Positions 25,832-38,576 of a DNA stretch of 52,187 nt are shown here, piece by piece. The notes beneath the pieces were generated by a model. The model searched no databases and was not told the DNA's origin. It was given only the letters and a program-made list of their open reading frames with translations. Numbering within the stretch: the stretch's first letter is position 1; every line of letters begins with the position of its first letter. Position numbers and translations under genes: made by a program. This DNA comes from Calcarisporiella thermophila CBS 279.70 (lineage: Eukaryota; Fungi; Calcarisporiellomycota), in contig NW_027192201.1 in the NCBI RefSeq assembly GCF_041956535.1, positions 44,475-96,661 on the forward strand, in the 5' to 3' direction.

Positions 25832-27060
25832 TTAGAAAACATACGACAGAAGCTTGTCATACCACCTCTCATTTTCCTTGATGTCCTTCTCTGCCATGCT
25901 AGAGACATCCAGTCGCCCCGTGTCCAGATCCACCTCCATCAGTGGAATCAGCTTCGTCTTCTTCACGATCTTGTAGCCCAAGTAGAGTGCAGCGAACAAA
26001 ACAATGCCGATATAGGATGACAAAAAGGCTTGGACATCAAAGGGTGCGAATGATTTCCACCCTCCTCCAAGGATGACCACGACGCACAAGGTGAGGGCAA
26101 ACAGGGGCGCCACTGGGTAGCATGAGGCGCGATAGGGTAAATCCTCGAGCGAGCGGCCCTGGGCCACGTAGGCTTTGCGGAAGCGGTAGTGCGTTCCCGC
26201 AATTCCTGCCCACGAGATGTAGCCGGTGATAGAGGTAAGGCTGAGGAGCCAGGTGAATACCTGGCTGGCCTGGAATACGGCGGCAAGCATGCAGAGCGCA
26301 CCCAGCAAGCACGAGGCGAGGAGGGCCCACAGGGGAGCACCCCAGCGCGTCACACGGCCGAAGATGGATGGGGCTCGTCCCTCACGCGCCAGGGCACACA
26401 GCGTTCGAGAAGCGGCGTAGAGCGATGAGTTTCCAGCAGAGAGAACGGAGGTCAGCACAACGGCATTCACGATGTGGGCGGCAATGCTCCACCCCGCCTT
26501 GTTGAACACAATGGTGAACGGCGCGATGGCCACGTCCTGCACGTTTCCGGCATTCAGCAGGTTCGGATCGTCGGTGGGGATGCAGAGGCCAATCATCAGG
26601 ATGGCGAGGACATAGAAGAGCAGAATCCGATAGAACACGCTGCGGATGGCACGCGGGACATTTTTCTTGGGGTTCTGCGACTCACCCGCGGCGACACCGA
26701 CGATCTCGGTTCCCTGGAATGAGTAGCCCGCCACCAGGAACACGCTGAACACCCCCACCGCCCCGTTGTTGAAGGGGGAGTAGGGATCGTTCCAGTACCG
26801 CGCCCCAATAAATTCTCCGCCCGTCGCCCCCGTGTCCACCAAGATTCCCACGATGATGAAGACGACGCAGGTGATGACCTTGATCAGCGAGAACCAGTAC
26901 TCCGTCTCACCGTAGCCCCGAACGCCCAGAGCGTTGATTCCAAACAGGAGGCCGAGGCCGATCGCGCACCACACGACCGAGTGCACCGCGTTGGTCCAGA
27001 ATTCAATCACGAGCCCGGCCGCGGCAAGCTCCGAGGCCATGGTCACCGCCCACTAAAGGT

Positions 27061-27099
<39 letters not shown>

Positions 27100-27647
27100 A
27101 GTGTGAGTCAACCCAGGGCCCACCCGAAAAGTCGCCCTAAGCGGCGGAAGACTTACCGAAAAGAAGTAGTTCCATCCTAGCGCAAAGCCGAGAGCCGGAT
27201 CGACGAATCGGCCACTGTAGTGGTTGAACGACCCGCTCAAGGGCATGAAGGTCGCCATCTCGCCTATCCAGGGGAAAGAGTTAGAGTGGTTGAGAGAACA
27301 GCCGCAGCCAGCCCGCCCCACTTACCGAGTGACATCATCATACAATACACCATTAGACCAATAATGGCATAGGCCACCAAAGCGCCGGCCGGGCCTGCGG
27401 TGGCTACGGAATTTCCAGAGGCAAGAAACAGCCCAGTCCCGATGGTGCCGCCGATAGAGATCATGGCAAGATGCCTTGCCTGCAGCCCTCGCTTGATGCC
27501 GTCCTGGAGGTGCTCGCCGTGCGGATCGCCGTTCACCTGGAACCCCTTCTCGAGGGTGGTATCGTCGGACCGGTCCCCATCCTGCGTGTATATTTCTATC
27601 TTGTCGCTGCTTTTAAAATACGGAGGTTGTGATTCCCCTGCTGCCAT
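25832..27647 (-). CDS. Amino-acid permease, APC/YAT family (LysP/Can1-like), 3 exons
   Basis: LQARHLAMISIGGTIGTGLF, GEMATFMP, FQGTEIVGVAAGESQNP, LSAGNS, HYRFRKA motifs. Confidence 0.96.
27064..27095 (+). repeat. (GA)16 microsatellite inside permease intron 2
   Basis: Read directly; forms a (TC)n polypyrimidine tract on the sense strand. Confidence 0.95.
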
Positions 27648-28676
27648 ATTACTTAGACTATGGGTGATATAGCTATGTCAAAAGGGGGGTATCTGAAGGG
27701 AGAAAGCGGCCGAGGGGGGGGGGGGGGAGGGAGAGAGAGGAAGCAGAAGCAGAGAAGCTGGGGAGAAGAGAGAGCCGAGAAGCTTGGGGAAAAAAAAGCA
27801 AAGAGAATAAAAAGTCAAGAGTAAACAAAGCAAAAAAATGGGGTGGGAGAGAAGAAATTTATAAGACCCCGGGTTTTATTGAAAAGCGTGGGCTTTGGGC
27901 CAATTTCCGAGACAAGTGTTGAGGAAAAACATTAGGGGAGGGGAGGGGAGGGGGGGAGGAGTCATATAATAAGAAGACGCAAATTAAACCCCGAACCCAG
28001 AACAAATCGTCGGGGCTGGAATCCCTCAGCGCAAAGGCTGGTGTGGAACCAACAGCATCACTTCTTTATCAAAATCTATCACGCGACAATTGGGACAGAT
28101 CCAGCGCTTATTTGTTGGCACCTCTCGACCGCCGCCGCTTATGGCAAGCGGAAGAGATGCAATCTCCCCTGGAAGAATACAAGCTCTTGATAATCTCTCT
28201 TGCTTGAGTCTCCGCCTTAAATGGCCGCGCGCTTCTGGCTCGCGGCCTTCTTACGAGAAATATCGCTCGCCCATCCCGGCCGGCCCTGCAGCGACACAAA
28301 CTATCGATGTCATCCGGCTGGGATGCAAGAGCGATTTATTTGTTTATAGTAAGGGCTATCGGCCCTCTTATCGAGCCGCCATGCCACGAGCCTCGTTTTG
28401 TCAAGTGCGTGCGCAAATTAAAAAAAAAACTAGCTCAAAAGCACAACCCAGCTTATGAATGGACCAGTTTCCTTTGCTTGTGTTTGTGAGGAAAGCAAAT
28501 GAGGGATTATACTAAGCGACTTCATTTTATGGTTACCGTGGTTACAACGGTTCAACCTTTAAATGAGCGGTAAAAATACAAGTAACGAAAAGAGAAGCTA
28601 GTCTACACACATTGAATCTTGCATGGATAACGAAAAGAAACGCGGGAAAAGTACAATATAAGTATCAAGAACAAGA

Positions 28677-30588
28677 TCATCGCCGATACACCCTTGCCAA
28701 CAGCGGGCGCCGCATCGGAAGGGTGAGGCTTATGCCGTATCGTGGCGTATCACCCGCAGCGGCCTCGATTTCGTAATGGCGTGGGGAAAATTCAAAGCGA
28801 AAACGCTTGAGCAGGTAGAACGAGAGGGTGAGGGACTCTAGGGTGGCGAACTGCTGGCCTAGGCAGGTACGCGGACCCATGTGGAAAACGGGGAACTGTA
28901 CAGCTCATCGTTAGCGTGGGCGCCGGAGAATCCCGTAAAGCAGGGCTAGCTCACTCACCTGACTAGGAGGCACCTTAAGCACCCCCACCACGTTTCCCTC
29001 GCGGTCCCGCTCCAGCCATCTATCCGGACAGCAATGCAAGATCGTTAGCCCCATCCAGCATCCCGCTCCCATGGCCTGCAACGACGCTGTGTGCGCTTCA
29101 CTTACCTCTCGGGCTTGAACTCCTCGGCATCCTCGCCCCATATCCTCTCGTCCCTCCCAAGGCAGTAGGTGGAAAAGCAAATCATCTCCCCCTCCTTCAC
29201 CACCGTCCCATCGGGGAGAACGTCGTCCCGCGCGACCTGCTTCATGTTGAGAGGCACGGGCGGATGGAGCCGCAACGTCTCGTTAAAGGTGGCCATGGCA
29301 TACGAGAGGCTCTTGATGCTATCGTAGGAGAGCTTATCGCCATTGGCCATCAGCTCCTCGTAGAGCCGCTGCTGGACTTCCGGCTGCTCCATCAGCCGGA
29401 GATATTGCCAGGAGAGTTGCTGGGCCGTGGTGTCCCGCCCCGCAATGATGAAGTTGATGACGACATCCCGGAGCTGCCGGTCGGAGAGCGCCTCCCCCCT
29501 CTCGTCTCGATAGTCCATGAACATGTCCAGCAAGTCATGCTTTCTTGCGCCGCGATGCTCCGCGGACTCTTTGCGTCGGTCGCGGATGATCTCGTAGCAG
29601 AAGTCGTTCAAGACCCCGACGGCTTCCTGGAACCGCCGCTGCGTGCCGGACAGGAACTCGGTGATCCGCCAGAAGGGGTTGGTGAAGCGGTGGTCCAGCA
29701 CCCCCTGGGCATAGTCAAAGCTCACCGCAAAGGGGATGGGCGCGTCTGGGTTCTCGAGGCAGCGGAAGCTCTTGCTGAAGGAAAGCCTATCATCAGAGAG
29801 GTCAGCCACCCTCTCTCTTGCGGGTTTAGGTATGGAGAGCATCGACCCACCTTCCGAAGCTGTCCAGTGTGAAGCAGAAAAAGAGCCGCTGCAAGTCGAT
29901 ATCGGCCTGTTGATCCGCGGCGCGCTCGAGGATCTGTACAACCCGCGCGGATTCCTCCTTAAACACGCCCTCGACCAGCTCGCGGAAGATGCGCACATTG
30001 AACACATGCGATGCAGTCTTGCGTTGAAACCGCCACACGTCTCCATCGGTGTTGAAGATGCCATTGCCCAGCACCTGTAGAATCGTAGAGATTGCCATGG
30101 TTAGAATCGAATGGAGCGGGGGACCGCCCAGAACTTACATCATGCAGCGTGTGGTAGATGTGGGGGCCCTTGATGTAGTTGTCGAAATGCGTCTTCAGCA
30201 CATGGGCTATCTGTTCCGGCGTTCGGAGGAAAAAGAATCGCCGGAAGGGAAAAGTGATGGATGTCACGCCTTCCGACTGCCGCATGCCATCCAACAGGAA
30301 ATCGTACTGCCGCTCGCGTCGTCTGAAGACAGACGGCAGATTTCCGATAAGCGGGTAGGCGCCAAAGCGAACCGTTTTGGGGCTGCGTCGCGTGCCGATG
30401 CCACGATCATGGTAGTAGAGGGCGAGAAAGGCAAGATACACCAGGGGGAGATGGCGTGCGGAGGGGACATACGAGAGGAGCCGATGGAGACGGCTGCTTC
30501 TGGGGAATGTCCGACGCTTGAGCAGGGCAAGCACGGCCAGTAGCACGGGGACGAGGGTGTGGATGGAATACGGGCTGGGTTTGGCCAT
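28677..30588 (-). CDS. Cytochrome P450, fatty-acid omega-hydroxylase-like (resembles CYP86/94/704 and CYP52 types)
   Basis: LGNGIFNTDG.WRFQRK, I-helix AGRDTT, ETLR, KPERW, heme motif FHMGPRTCLG; several introns. Confidence 0.95.
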
Positions 30589-31542
30589 ACTGGATAAATC
30601 GCAGATCCTGGGCCGCTCTGCACCATGTAAATATAACGGATCTTGGCTTGCAGGCCGTCTTGCATGTGAAACTAAAACAGAGTTGCCATCCATTACGTGT
30701 TGCGAGTGCATTTCCGCGGGGAAGCATCGCGGCGGCCTTCCCTGGCCGGATTCCAATGGAACGGGAGGCCCCTTGTTAGCTTGAGGCGCCCGGTGGGGTC
30801 CCCAAGGCGCCCTTCCATCGAGAACCGCCCTCTATCCCAGAGGGAACTCGTCGATTCTCGCCCCTCGGGATCCTATAAAAGGGCATGCTTTCAAATGCTC
30901 CAAACAGAGTAATCCGCTTCGCCCAAATGAATAAAATTTGCTTTCCATATCGACGGATGCGGATTTGCTTCTTTGGCAGAGTGGCTTTACCCCCAGCCAG
31001 TGAGACGGCGGGCTCCAGGAGCGATCCACGCTCGACTCTTGTGCCTGTTAGTAGCATAAGCGGGCGGGCCTCCAAATATATATTTCGCGGGTGAGCCTCG
31101 ATCGGATGCTGTGAAACCAGGCCTGCACCATCGAAGTAATTACCCAAGGTACACTAACAAAAAAAAAGAGGATTCTGTCCCCACTCTCTTTCCCACTTTT
31201 CCACCGCAATCAATGGGAATTGCCGTCTTCTTCCCTGGCCCTCTCTCTACGCGATACATTCTTTCCCACCCTCTACTTAACTAGCTATATCCCATTCTCC
31301 ACATCGATACTCTGGCCATTGCCTATCGTTTGATTTCTCGATCGAGCTGTTGGGCAAACCCGTGCACACATAGGGAAGAGTGAACGAGGGAGCACCAACA
31401 AAGAGACTTGTTGAATCGGTTTGTCCCTGGGTGAGTTTGCAAAGCGTCCTCTCATCCCCCATCGCATAGTCCATTGACTCGCATTCCCTCTATTTTATTA
31501 TCCATCAGCATATGCTTCATACCCTCATTACTTCGTAACAGG

Positions 31543-34101
31543 ATGCCATTGGTGGAACGAACAAGGATGTTAGATTTTATGGAACGCTGTGAGGTCAATT
31601 TCAACAGACGGTGTCTGCCAATGAGGAAGAGAAAGCGGCAGGATGACGAAAAGAAAAAAGAGGAAGAGCAGGAGCGGCGAGAAGAGGAGAGAGAGAGAAA
31701 GCAGGAGGAGCTGGAGAGGCAGCGAGAGGAAGAGCAGGAGAGAAGAGAGGCGGAAGAAGAACGGCGGCAGGAACGGCTGGAGCAAGAGCGTGAGAGAAAG
31801 GAGGAGCAAGAAGCGGCCCAGCGAGAACTCGGGAACAACGGGAGCAACCCTAGAGCGCGACCCGGCGATAGGAATCGGGGGCAACCCAATGGGAGAAAGG
31901 ACAACAGCACGCGCGGGAAGAATGACGACGAGCGAAGAAAGCGCATTGGTGAGCAAAGAAGGAGAAAGCAGCAGCAGCAGCAACAGCAGCAGCAAGCCGA
32001 GCAGGAGAAAAGGAGAAGAAAGCAGCAACAGCTGCAGCGACAGCGGCAGCAGCAACTGAGGAATCAAAACCAGGAGAGAGAGAGAAGAAAGAAACAAAAG
32101 CAGCGAGAGGAGGCGCGAAGGAGGAAGGAACAAAAGCTACGAGAGCAAAGACAGAGGGAGAAGGAGAAGGAGAAGGAGAAGGAGAAGGAGAAGGAGAAGG
32201 AGAAGGAAAAGGAAAAGGAAAAGGATAAGGAAAGGGAAAAGGAACAGCTTAACGAGAAAAACAATGACAAGAATCGCGGAGACAAGCCAACCAAAAATGA
32301 AGCTCAGGGACTCACATCTACTACCACACAAGCTACCCCATCTCGAACGCCGGAGCTTCAACCCACTGAGACAGAAACAGAACAACCTCCCTCGCGGGGT
32401 CCCCTCCAAACCAGCAAGTCCACCTCGGACTCGGACTCGGACTCGGATTCCGTTTCCGACTCCAGCTCTAGCTCCAGCTCCAGCTCCAGTTCTAGCTCTA
32501 GCTCCGGTTCCAATTCTGACAGTGACTCCGATAATGATTCTGGCTCGGATGCTGCCAATTCAGCTAATAACCAGAGTGACATCTCTAGTTCTGAAGCAGC
32601 TGTGAGGTCGCAGAAAGAGGCGTCGATTCCCACCCAGGTCGCTTCCGATGTGTCGAATAACCCGCCGGCCGGCCCGGGTTCCAACCGGCCACCCGCCATC
32701 TCCCCTCTCTCTCCCACCTCCTCTTTGGCTGGAGCATCCGCAGGGGCGCGCTCTACTGATGGCCAGGCTGGACGGACCCCTAGTAGTGTCTCCCCCATCG
32801 GCCCTCCTACCCTTCTCCCCACCACCATATCGAACGGGATCTCTGCCTCCCCGGGTATCCCTTCAGAGCTCCCCATATCCCCACCTCCTCGGGGTATCAC
32901 TCCCAGTTTTGTCCCCCCCCTTCCTACAGGCGGTACTAGTGCGGAAGCTAATGAGAATGCGGTGGCGGTGCAGCCATCTGAGTTCGGCTTGGTCGTCGGC
33001 GTCACCCTTGGATCTATCTTTGCTATTCTGTTGGTGGTCAGTATTTTCCTTTACCGGCGCTTCCGATACCGAAGCCTCGCAGCGCCAAGGAGCAACGACC
33101 CACAGCCTCCTGCGGTCACCCCCCCTGCCATGACTGCTGCGCCCGTCTACCTCTCTCCACAAGATGAGGGCACGATAGGACTGATGGCAGTGAGTAGGGA
33201 GAGCGACGGGACATCGCATGCCTTCTCGCCGTCGCCTGATACATCATTTGCGTCTCAGCTGACGCCTCTACCGGTGGAGCTCCCGCCCTCCGATATATCG
33301 GGCTCCTTCGAATTCTCCTCCGGGATATCCGAGCGAATCGACCCATTTTCGGATAAGAGCGCAGTACTGGAGTATAACAACCTTCGGGCTATTGAAGAAT
33401 CCTGGGAGGGAGAGGCCGAGGAGACGAGGGAGGAGCAAGGGGGAGAGAACATGGTGGAGGAGGGGGAGGAGGACGAGGAGGAGGAAGCGGAGGACGAGGT
33501 GGAGATAGGTAATGAGACGGGGGAGGTCCAGGTCGGCACTCCCGACCATTCCCGCTTGGCCACGTCGCGCGCCCTATCGAGCCGCCTTCCCTCCTTCACC
33601 TTCGATCCACCCGGCCTAGGCATCACTTCCTCCGAATCCCCCATTCCCCCCATCGAGGACACCACGATATCCAACACTCTGGCAAGCAACAGCCGATTCT
33701 TTTCCAGCACAAACGATACATTCCGATCCTCATACCATAGCAGTTCCATTTCTCACTCTCAAGCCTATTTCTCCGAGTTCGCGGGCTCTTCTTGGCGCGA
33801 GAGCGACATCCCCAATCCCATCTTCCAAATCTCCCATGGCCCCCTGGCCTTTAAACCCATCGTCAACGCCAACGATCAACGCATTGCAAGTATGGCCGCC
33901 TCCATTGGCGGAGGCAGCGTAAGAACGCAGGGAAGCGGGGGGTTGAACAGCGGGAGTAGCGGGACGGTCCACTCCGATGAGTTCAATGAGGGCGCTGTCA
34001 TCAAAATGGCCGGCGATTCTCCAGAGCTTGGGGGGGAAAAACCAGCCAACACGTTTGTCTTCCCGGCCCCTCCCAATGCTGCTTCGCGGCCATACCAGTA
34101 G
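31543..34101 (+). CDS. Low-complexity single-pass membrane protein (E/K/R/Q-rich, Ser/Pro-rich, TM, disordered tail)
   Basis: 875-codon ORF; TM GLVVGVTLGSIFAILLVVSIFLY followed by RRFRYR; first ATG after a putative acceptor at 31541; true N-terminus unresolved. Confidence 0.7.
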   Translation: MPLVERTRMLDFMERCEVNFNRRCLPMRKRKRQDDEKKKEEEQERREEERERKQEELERQREEEQERREAEEERRQERLEQERERKEEQEAAQRELGNNGSNPRARPGDRNRGQPNGRKDNSTRGKNDDERRKRIGEQRRRKQQQQQQQQQAEQEKRRRKQQQLQRQRQQQLRNQNQERERRKKQKQREEARRRKEQKLREQRQREKEKEKEKEKEKEKEKEKEKEKDKEREKEQLNEKNNDKNRGDKPTKNEAQGLTSTTTQATPSRTPELQPTETETEQPPSRGPLQTSKSTSDSDSDSDSVSDSSSSSSSSSSSSSSSGSNSDSDSDNDSGSDAANSANNQSDISSSEAAVRSQKEASIPTQVASDVSNNPPAGPGSNRPPAISPLSPTSSLAGASAGARSTDGQAGRTPSSVSPIGPPTLLPTTISNGISASPGIPSELPISPPPRGITPSFVPPLPTGGTSAEANENAVAVQPSEFGLVVGVTLGSIFAILLVVSIFLYRRFRYRSLAAPRSNDPQPPAVTPPAMTAAPVYLSPQDEGTIGLMAVSRESDGTSHAFSPSPDTSFASQLTPLPVELPPSDISGSFEFSSGISERIDPFSDKSAVLEYNNLRAIEESWEGEAEETREEQGGENMVEEGEEDEEEEAEDEVEIGNETGEVQVGTPDHSRLATSRALSSRLPSFTFDPPGLGITSSESPIPPIEDTTISNTLASNSRFFSSTNDTFRSSYHSSSISHSQAYFSEFAGSSWRESDIPNPIFQISHGPLAFKPIVNANDQRIASMAASIGGGSVRTQGSGGLNSGSSGTVHSDEFNEGAVIKMAGDSPELGGEKPANTFVFPAPPNAASRPYQ
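32158..32223 (+). repeat. (GAGAAG)8(GAAAAG)3 coding repeat, poly-EK
   Basis: Read directly. Confidence 0.9.
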
Positions 34102-34946
34102 GCACTTAATGGCACGATCTGTAAACTAGGCTGAAAGTGTAATTGTTTTACCGAGTTTTTATTTTTTTTTTCCCTTTCCTCTGCTCTTCTGCTCTATTTC
34201 ACCTCTTTTTTATTCATGCATTTATTTTTGTACATTTCCTCTATTTCCATTGCAACTTCAAGTTTTTGTCTGAAAAAGCCCTCTCATTATCACTATTATG
34301 CATCTTCACGACTCTATTGACACTCTTTCCATTCATTTCGATCTACTCTAGCTATTTTTTCTTTTTCAAGCCTGTGTATTCTTTTTTTTTTCATGCCATC
34401 GATCCTTTCACCCTATTTAAACCTGTTCGTCTTTCTTATTCTATTAATATATTCTCTATCACACCTTCTATCTTTTTATCAGTTGGAATTCAGTGGGACT
34501 GAGCCCCCTGGATATCTCATTATCAGTTCGCGTATCCAGATCAGAGGGTTCAGATCGGAGCCCATCGGATATCTCGAGACAGGGGATTAGCATAATGAGT
34601 CAAATCCATCCAACATGCTCTTCCGAAACAGACTCTAACTCTCAAGAAACTAGGCAGAAGGCCACCTTTATTTACAAGAAGATATACTAAAAATGACTCA
34701 TAGCGGCAAGAAAGAAATAATAGATACAAGATTGAGTGGGTAGTATTTTTTTTTTTCAGAGAAGCTCTGCTAATGGCCATATCGGAGGGGAGAATCCCTA
34801 GCAGGGGGTCCATGCGTAAGAGCCCCAAAATCAAAGGAAATTCATGAATAGATAACAACAAAAAAAGGGGGGGGAGGCAAGGAAATAGGAATAGAAAGAT
34901 ATGTACAAGTAAACAAATAGAATAAAACTTGCCTTTTGGCTGGTGG

Positions 34947-35497
34947 TTAAAAGAAAAAGAGTCGCTTTCCTTGCTGCTGTTGCAACTGCAAACTCTCCAT
35001 GCACATCTTTGCCATGCTGTACCCGGTGGTGGCAAGTTTAGCACCGTTGGGAACACAGGCTTGGCCTAGGGAAAAGTTGGGTGGAGAGATGCGCGAGGAG
35101 GGTCGCATTATCGTGAGGGCGGGAGGGGCCAGTGAAGGAGATGTGGTGATGCATTCAAAGGTTGGAGAGGAAAAGGAGGAGGTGGTGGAGGAGGATGGAC
35201 TGGGACTTGAAGAGAGAGACGGAGATGTGGATAACAAAAGGGAGGGGTTAGGCGACGAGTATGAGATAAGCGGCGAGCTGGGCACCGAAGGGGGAAAAGC
35301 ATTCAGCGCATCAGCATTGGCACATTCTTGGGAGCAGTAGAGCTGAAGGGAGGCAAGGGAAAAGGGGGGTTAGGATGTTATTAGGCTTCTTTTCTCCTCG
35401 GCATTCTCGGACGAGAAGAGGGGGAGAGGAGACTTACCGAGTCTGAAGGGCCAAATATCTGCTTCCCACAGAAGCACCAGTTCGTGTCCAACTCCAT
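34947..35497 (-). CDS. Ecl1-family zinc-binding protein (2 exons)
   Basis: Spliced N-terminus MELDTNWCFCGKQIFGPSDS|LYCSQECANAD matches the Ecl1/2/3 C..C...LYCS..C...D motif; continues in frame into ORF 34947-35285. Confidence 0.8.
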
Positions 35498-37173
35498 GAC
35501 AGATGTGAAGAGCCCCTCGTAATGTTCTAGCGTTTCTTTAGAGATTCCTTGTGTTCAGGACGAAGCGGAAACGGTGAGGAAGGGCGGGCCATTTTATACT
35601 CGCAGGAATTTCTTGTCGGGTGGCCCCAACTTTATCTCTCCTGCTTCCCTTCCTATCGAATATCTCGAATTACAACATGCGCCATCAGAATGAGTCTGCG
35701 TGGCACGAAGAAAGAGCTGTTTTTTTTCCTCCTTCCTTTCTTAAATTCCGCCTCTCCCCCGTTTTCTATTAATCAATTAATCACGCCGGAGATGCAGGCT
35801 TTTTTCGTTTCAAATAAATCACAATAAAATAATATTAACCACAACAATAATAACAACGGCAATCCCATTGAAAGAGCAATGATTGATAATCAATATGAAT
35901 TAATTACCGCTGCTCCACAGCGGATTGCATTGCAAAGCCGGGGAAATAATGAGCTAATCCATGTAGCAAGCATTGATCCTTTTCCGGCCTATCCTTCCCC
36001 CCTATCGCTCAAGTCCCGTAGGGGGATCGCGAGGTCCCCGGCAAATATGAGAAGATCCAATGGCGAGTGAAAAGAGCTTAATCTTAACGAGAATGCTATT
36101 TTTCGACGTTATCTGCTTTCGTTATTTCCCTCTTCGCCCCGTCCTCGAGCCGGGATTCTCTTGTGTTCACTTTTTGCCATGGAACTCTCTCTTTTTTTCC
36201 CACCGGAAGCATTGTCGTATAAGGTAGGGAGGGGAAAACAATCACGCTATTTTCAGGACAACTCGTTTTCTGTGGTCCTTTGCACAGCACAAGGAATATT
36301 AATTGCCTTTATTTCTTGATGAATTACGGAGATTGTGTCAACACAATGCTTGTTCCTCTATTTTTTGATTCCTGCTGTTCTAATTGCAGAAAACAAGTAC
36401 TAGGCGATAAATTACAGGACAAGAGTAATATAGGGATGAATAAAGCCCGTGACCGCTAAGGTACTTTTTGTACTCCGAGCTAATTTTTCATGAGAACGAA
36501 AATTGGCGAGATTTTTTTTGACGTATCCCCGTCGGAGGATATGTCATGGGCCCTCTCCCTTTAGTGGAAGGAGGCCTGTTTGCTCGGAGGGGGGATTATT
36601 GCGCGGGCGTTGGGGAGCTTGTCTCAAAACGGGGCCTCCTCCGCGACGTAGTCAAGACGAACGAGTGCATTGCCTCGAAGCATATTGCGGGGAGGAGGGG
36701 AGAGATTGACATGCTACTGACTTGCATGACCGTGTCATTATGATACGACCCCACACCACCCCCATCGGATTCCTTTCCGTGGATATTCTGCCCTTCTCCC
36801 CCAAATTAATGCTGTGTCTCATTATGAGCCAGGGGCTTTGGCAGTGCGACCACTGGTCGCCGCCTAGGCTAGGCTCGTGCTTTTTCCCGACGCGTGAATT
36901 CCGTCGATGGCGGCAGCTTCTAGACTCCGTTTCTAGGCCCGATCAAAGCTATGAATAGCTTGCTGCAGCGGAAATGGGGAGGCAATTTTGGTTATTAAAA
37001 CTCGAGATGAAAAACCGGATCCTGATGATGCGATAAATTTGAACTCTTTTTTTTCTCTTCTTAGTTTGTGCATGCGCACTAGCCGCTTTTGCTCCATGGC
37101 ACAGAAAACAAGCCATACTCTCCTCCATACATGGAGCATTGTATTCAGAGAGGACAAGCAAGGCCAAGATTAT

Positions 37174-37197
37174 ACAACAACAACAACAACAACAACA
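37174..37197 (+). repeat. (ACA)8 microsatellite
   Basis: Read directly; downstream of the aldolase stop codon. Confidence 0.9.
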
Positions 37198-37260
37198 TAT
37201 CAACAGCCGTCGGCCATTCTTTCTTTGTAAGCAGCTTTGGATAAGGGAAACCAAACGGGT

Positions 37261-38269
37261 TTATTGGCCGGCCTCGGCCAAGGTGTTCTCGTATTCAACC
37301 ACCTCCTTGCACGCATCGGCCACCCTTTCTCTGTGCTCTTGCAGCGGTGGCAAGAGCGGCGCCCGCGGGTTCCCCCCGTAGCCATAGTACGCGTCCAGCG
37401 CCATCTTCACCCCGACGATCCCGAACCACCGCCCCGTCGCGTCATCGGGGAGCACGAGGGCCTGCTGGAGTTTGCGGGCCTCGTCCAGTTTGCCCTCGCG
37501 GAAAAGCTTTTCCAGGAGCACAACCGAGCGCGGGAAGACGTTCCCCGATCCCGGAACACATCCTTTGGCTCCGACGGTAAGCGCGGGGAGGTATACGTCG
37601 GATGCACCTGCAAGAACATGGAAGTCGGGGCCGACACGCCCGATGACGTTGGCCATCTTGCCGATATTGCCGTCGGTGGCTATCCAAAAACACAATAAAG
37701 CCTGATAGATGCATTCCAATTCCTTTGCTTTTTTTTATGCTCGCTTTACGACTCAACGAAAAAGTACCTTTTATCCCAACGATGTTGGGGTGCGCGCTCA
37801 GAGCCACGATGGTGTCCGCGTCAATGTCGATCCCGTGGGTGACGGCGGGAAAGTTATAAATCAGAAGCGGTATCGGCGATTGCTCGGCAACCTGGGTGAA
37901 ATAGAGGTGGATGACTTCCTTCATTCTTCCGCCGTAGCTGTAATAGGTCGGTGGCAACACTATGGCGTAATCCGCCCCCGCCTCCTTAGCCTGCTTGCAA
38001 TTCTCGACCGTCTCCTGGACTGTCGGCGCGCTGGCGCCAGCAATCACCGCAAGCGGCGAAATGGTTTGTTTGGCCGTGTTAATGACCGTGGCGCGCTCCT
38101 TTGCTGTGAGATGAATGGCCTCGCCATTAGAGCCGAGCGCAACCACGCCCGAAATGCCCGTGGGCTTCAGACGATGGAGATGGTGCCGAAGAGTGTCGAG
38201 ATCGAGGGCGCCATCGGGGTGGAAAAAGGTTGGAACTGGAGGATAAACACCGGTGGGAGCTTGCGGCAT
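37261..38269 (-). CDS. DHDPS/NAL-family class I aldolase (HOGA1 or keto-deoxy-sugar-acid aldolase-like), 2 exons
   Basis: GVYPPVPTFF, LGSNGE, IYNFP, HPNIVGIK (Schiff-base Lys), phase-1 intron, then ATDGN...GAKGCV...YGGNPRAPL. Confidence 0.92.
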
Positions 38270-38576
38270 GAGTCGAGCGGTCGATTTACCAATATGAGCC
38301 TGGGCAAGAGAGGGTTGGGAAGGCCCAATTTTTGTTAGATGAGCGAGAATATGGACTCGGGAAACTTTATCATCCCCCCCAGATAAACGCCAGAGGTTGC
38401 GGAAAAAATATATGCATCTATTTTATTATTGCCCGCGTGACGGAATGTGTTACAAGGCGAGAAAAAGATGGGGGGCCATCGACTGAGAAAGAAAAGGCAA
38501 GACTCATCCGGCGCCTTTTATCCCCCGCCCATCCCTCGTCCTATGGGAAACTGGGAAACCTCGCATGGAAGGAAAC

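Noticed and set aside
25832-30588. Secondary-metabolite cluster (permease + P450, with oxidoreductase and aldolase elsewhere)
   Set aside because: No PKS, NRPS or terpene synthase core, and the genes are interspersed with housekeeping genes.
31452-33005. Long antisense ORFs (poly-L, SF, LE repeats)
   Set aside because: Shadows of the low-complexity plus-strand gene; the same applies to antisense ORFs over the P450, permease and aldolase genes.
36000-36640. RNase MRP/P RNA (GGTCCCCGG ... ACGGGGC)
   Set aside because: Only partial resemblance to the conserved P4 strands; flanking consensus residues are missing.
36949-37254. ORF with a poly-Cys run
   Set aside because: Artefact of the (ACA)n microsatellite downstream of the aldolase gene.
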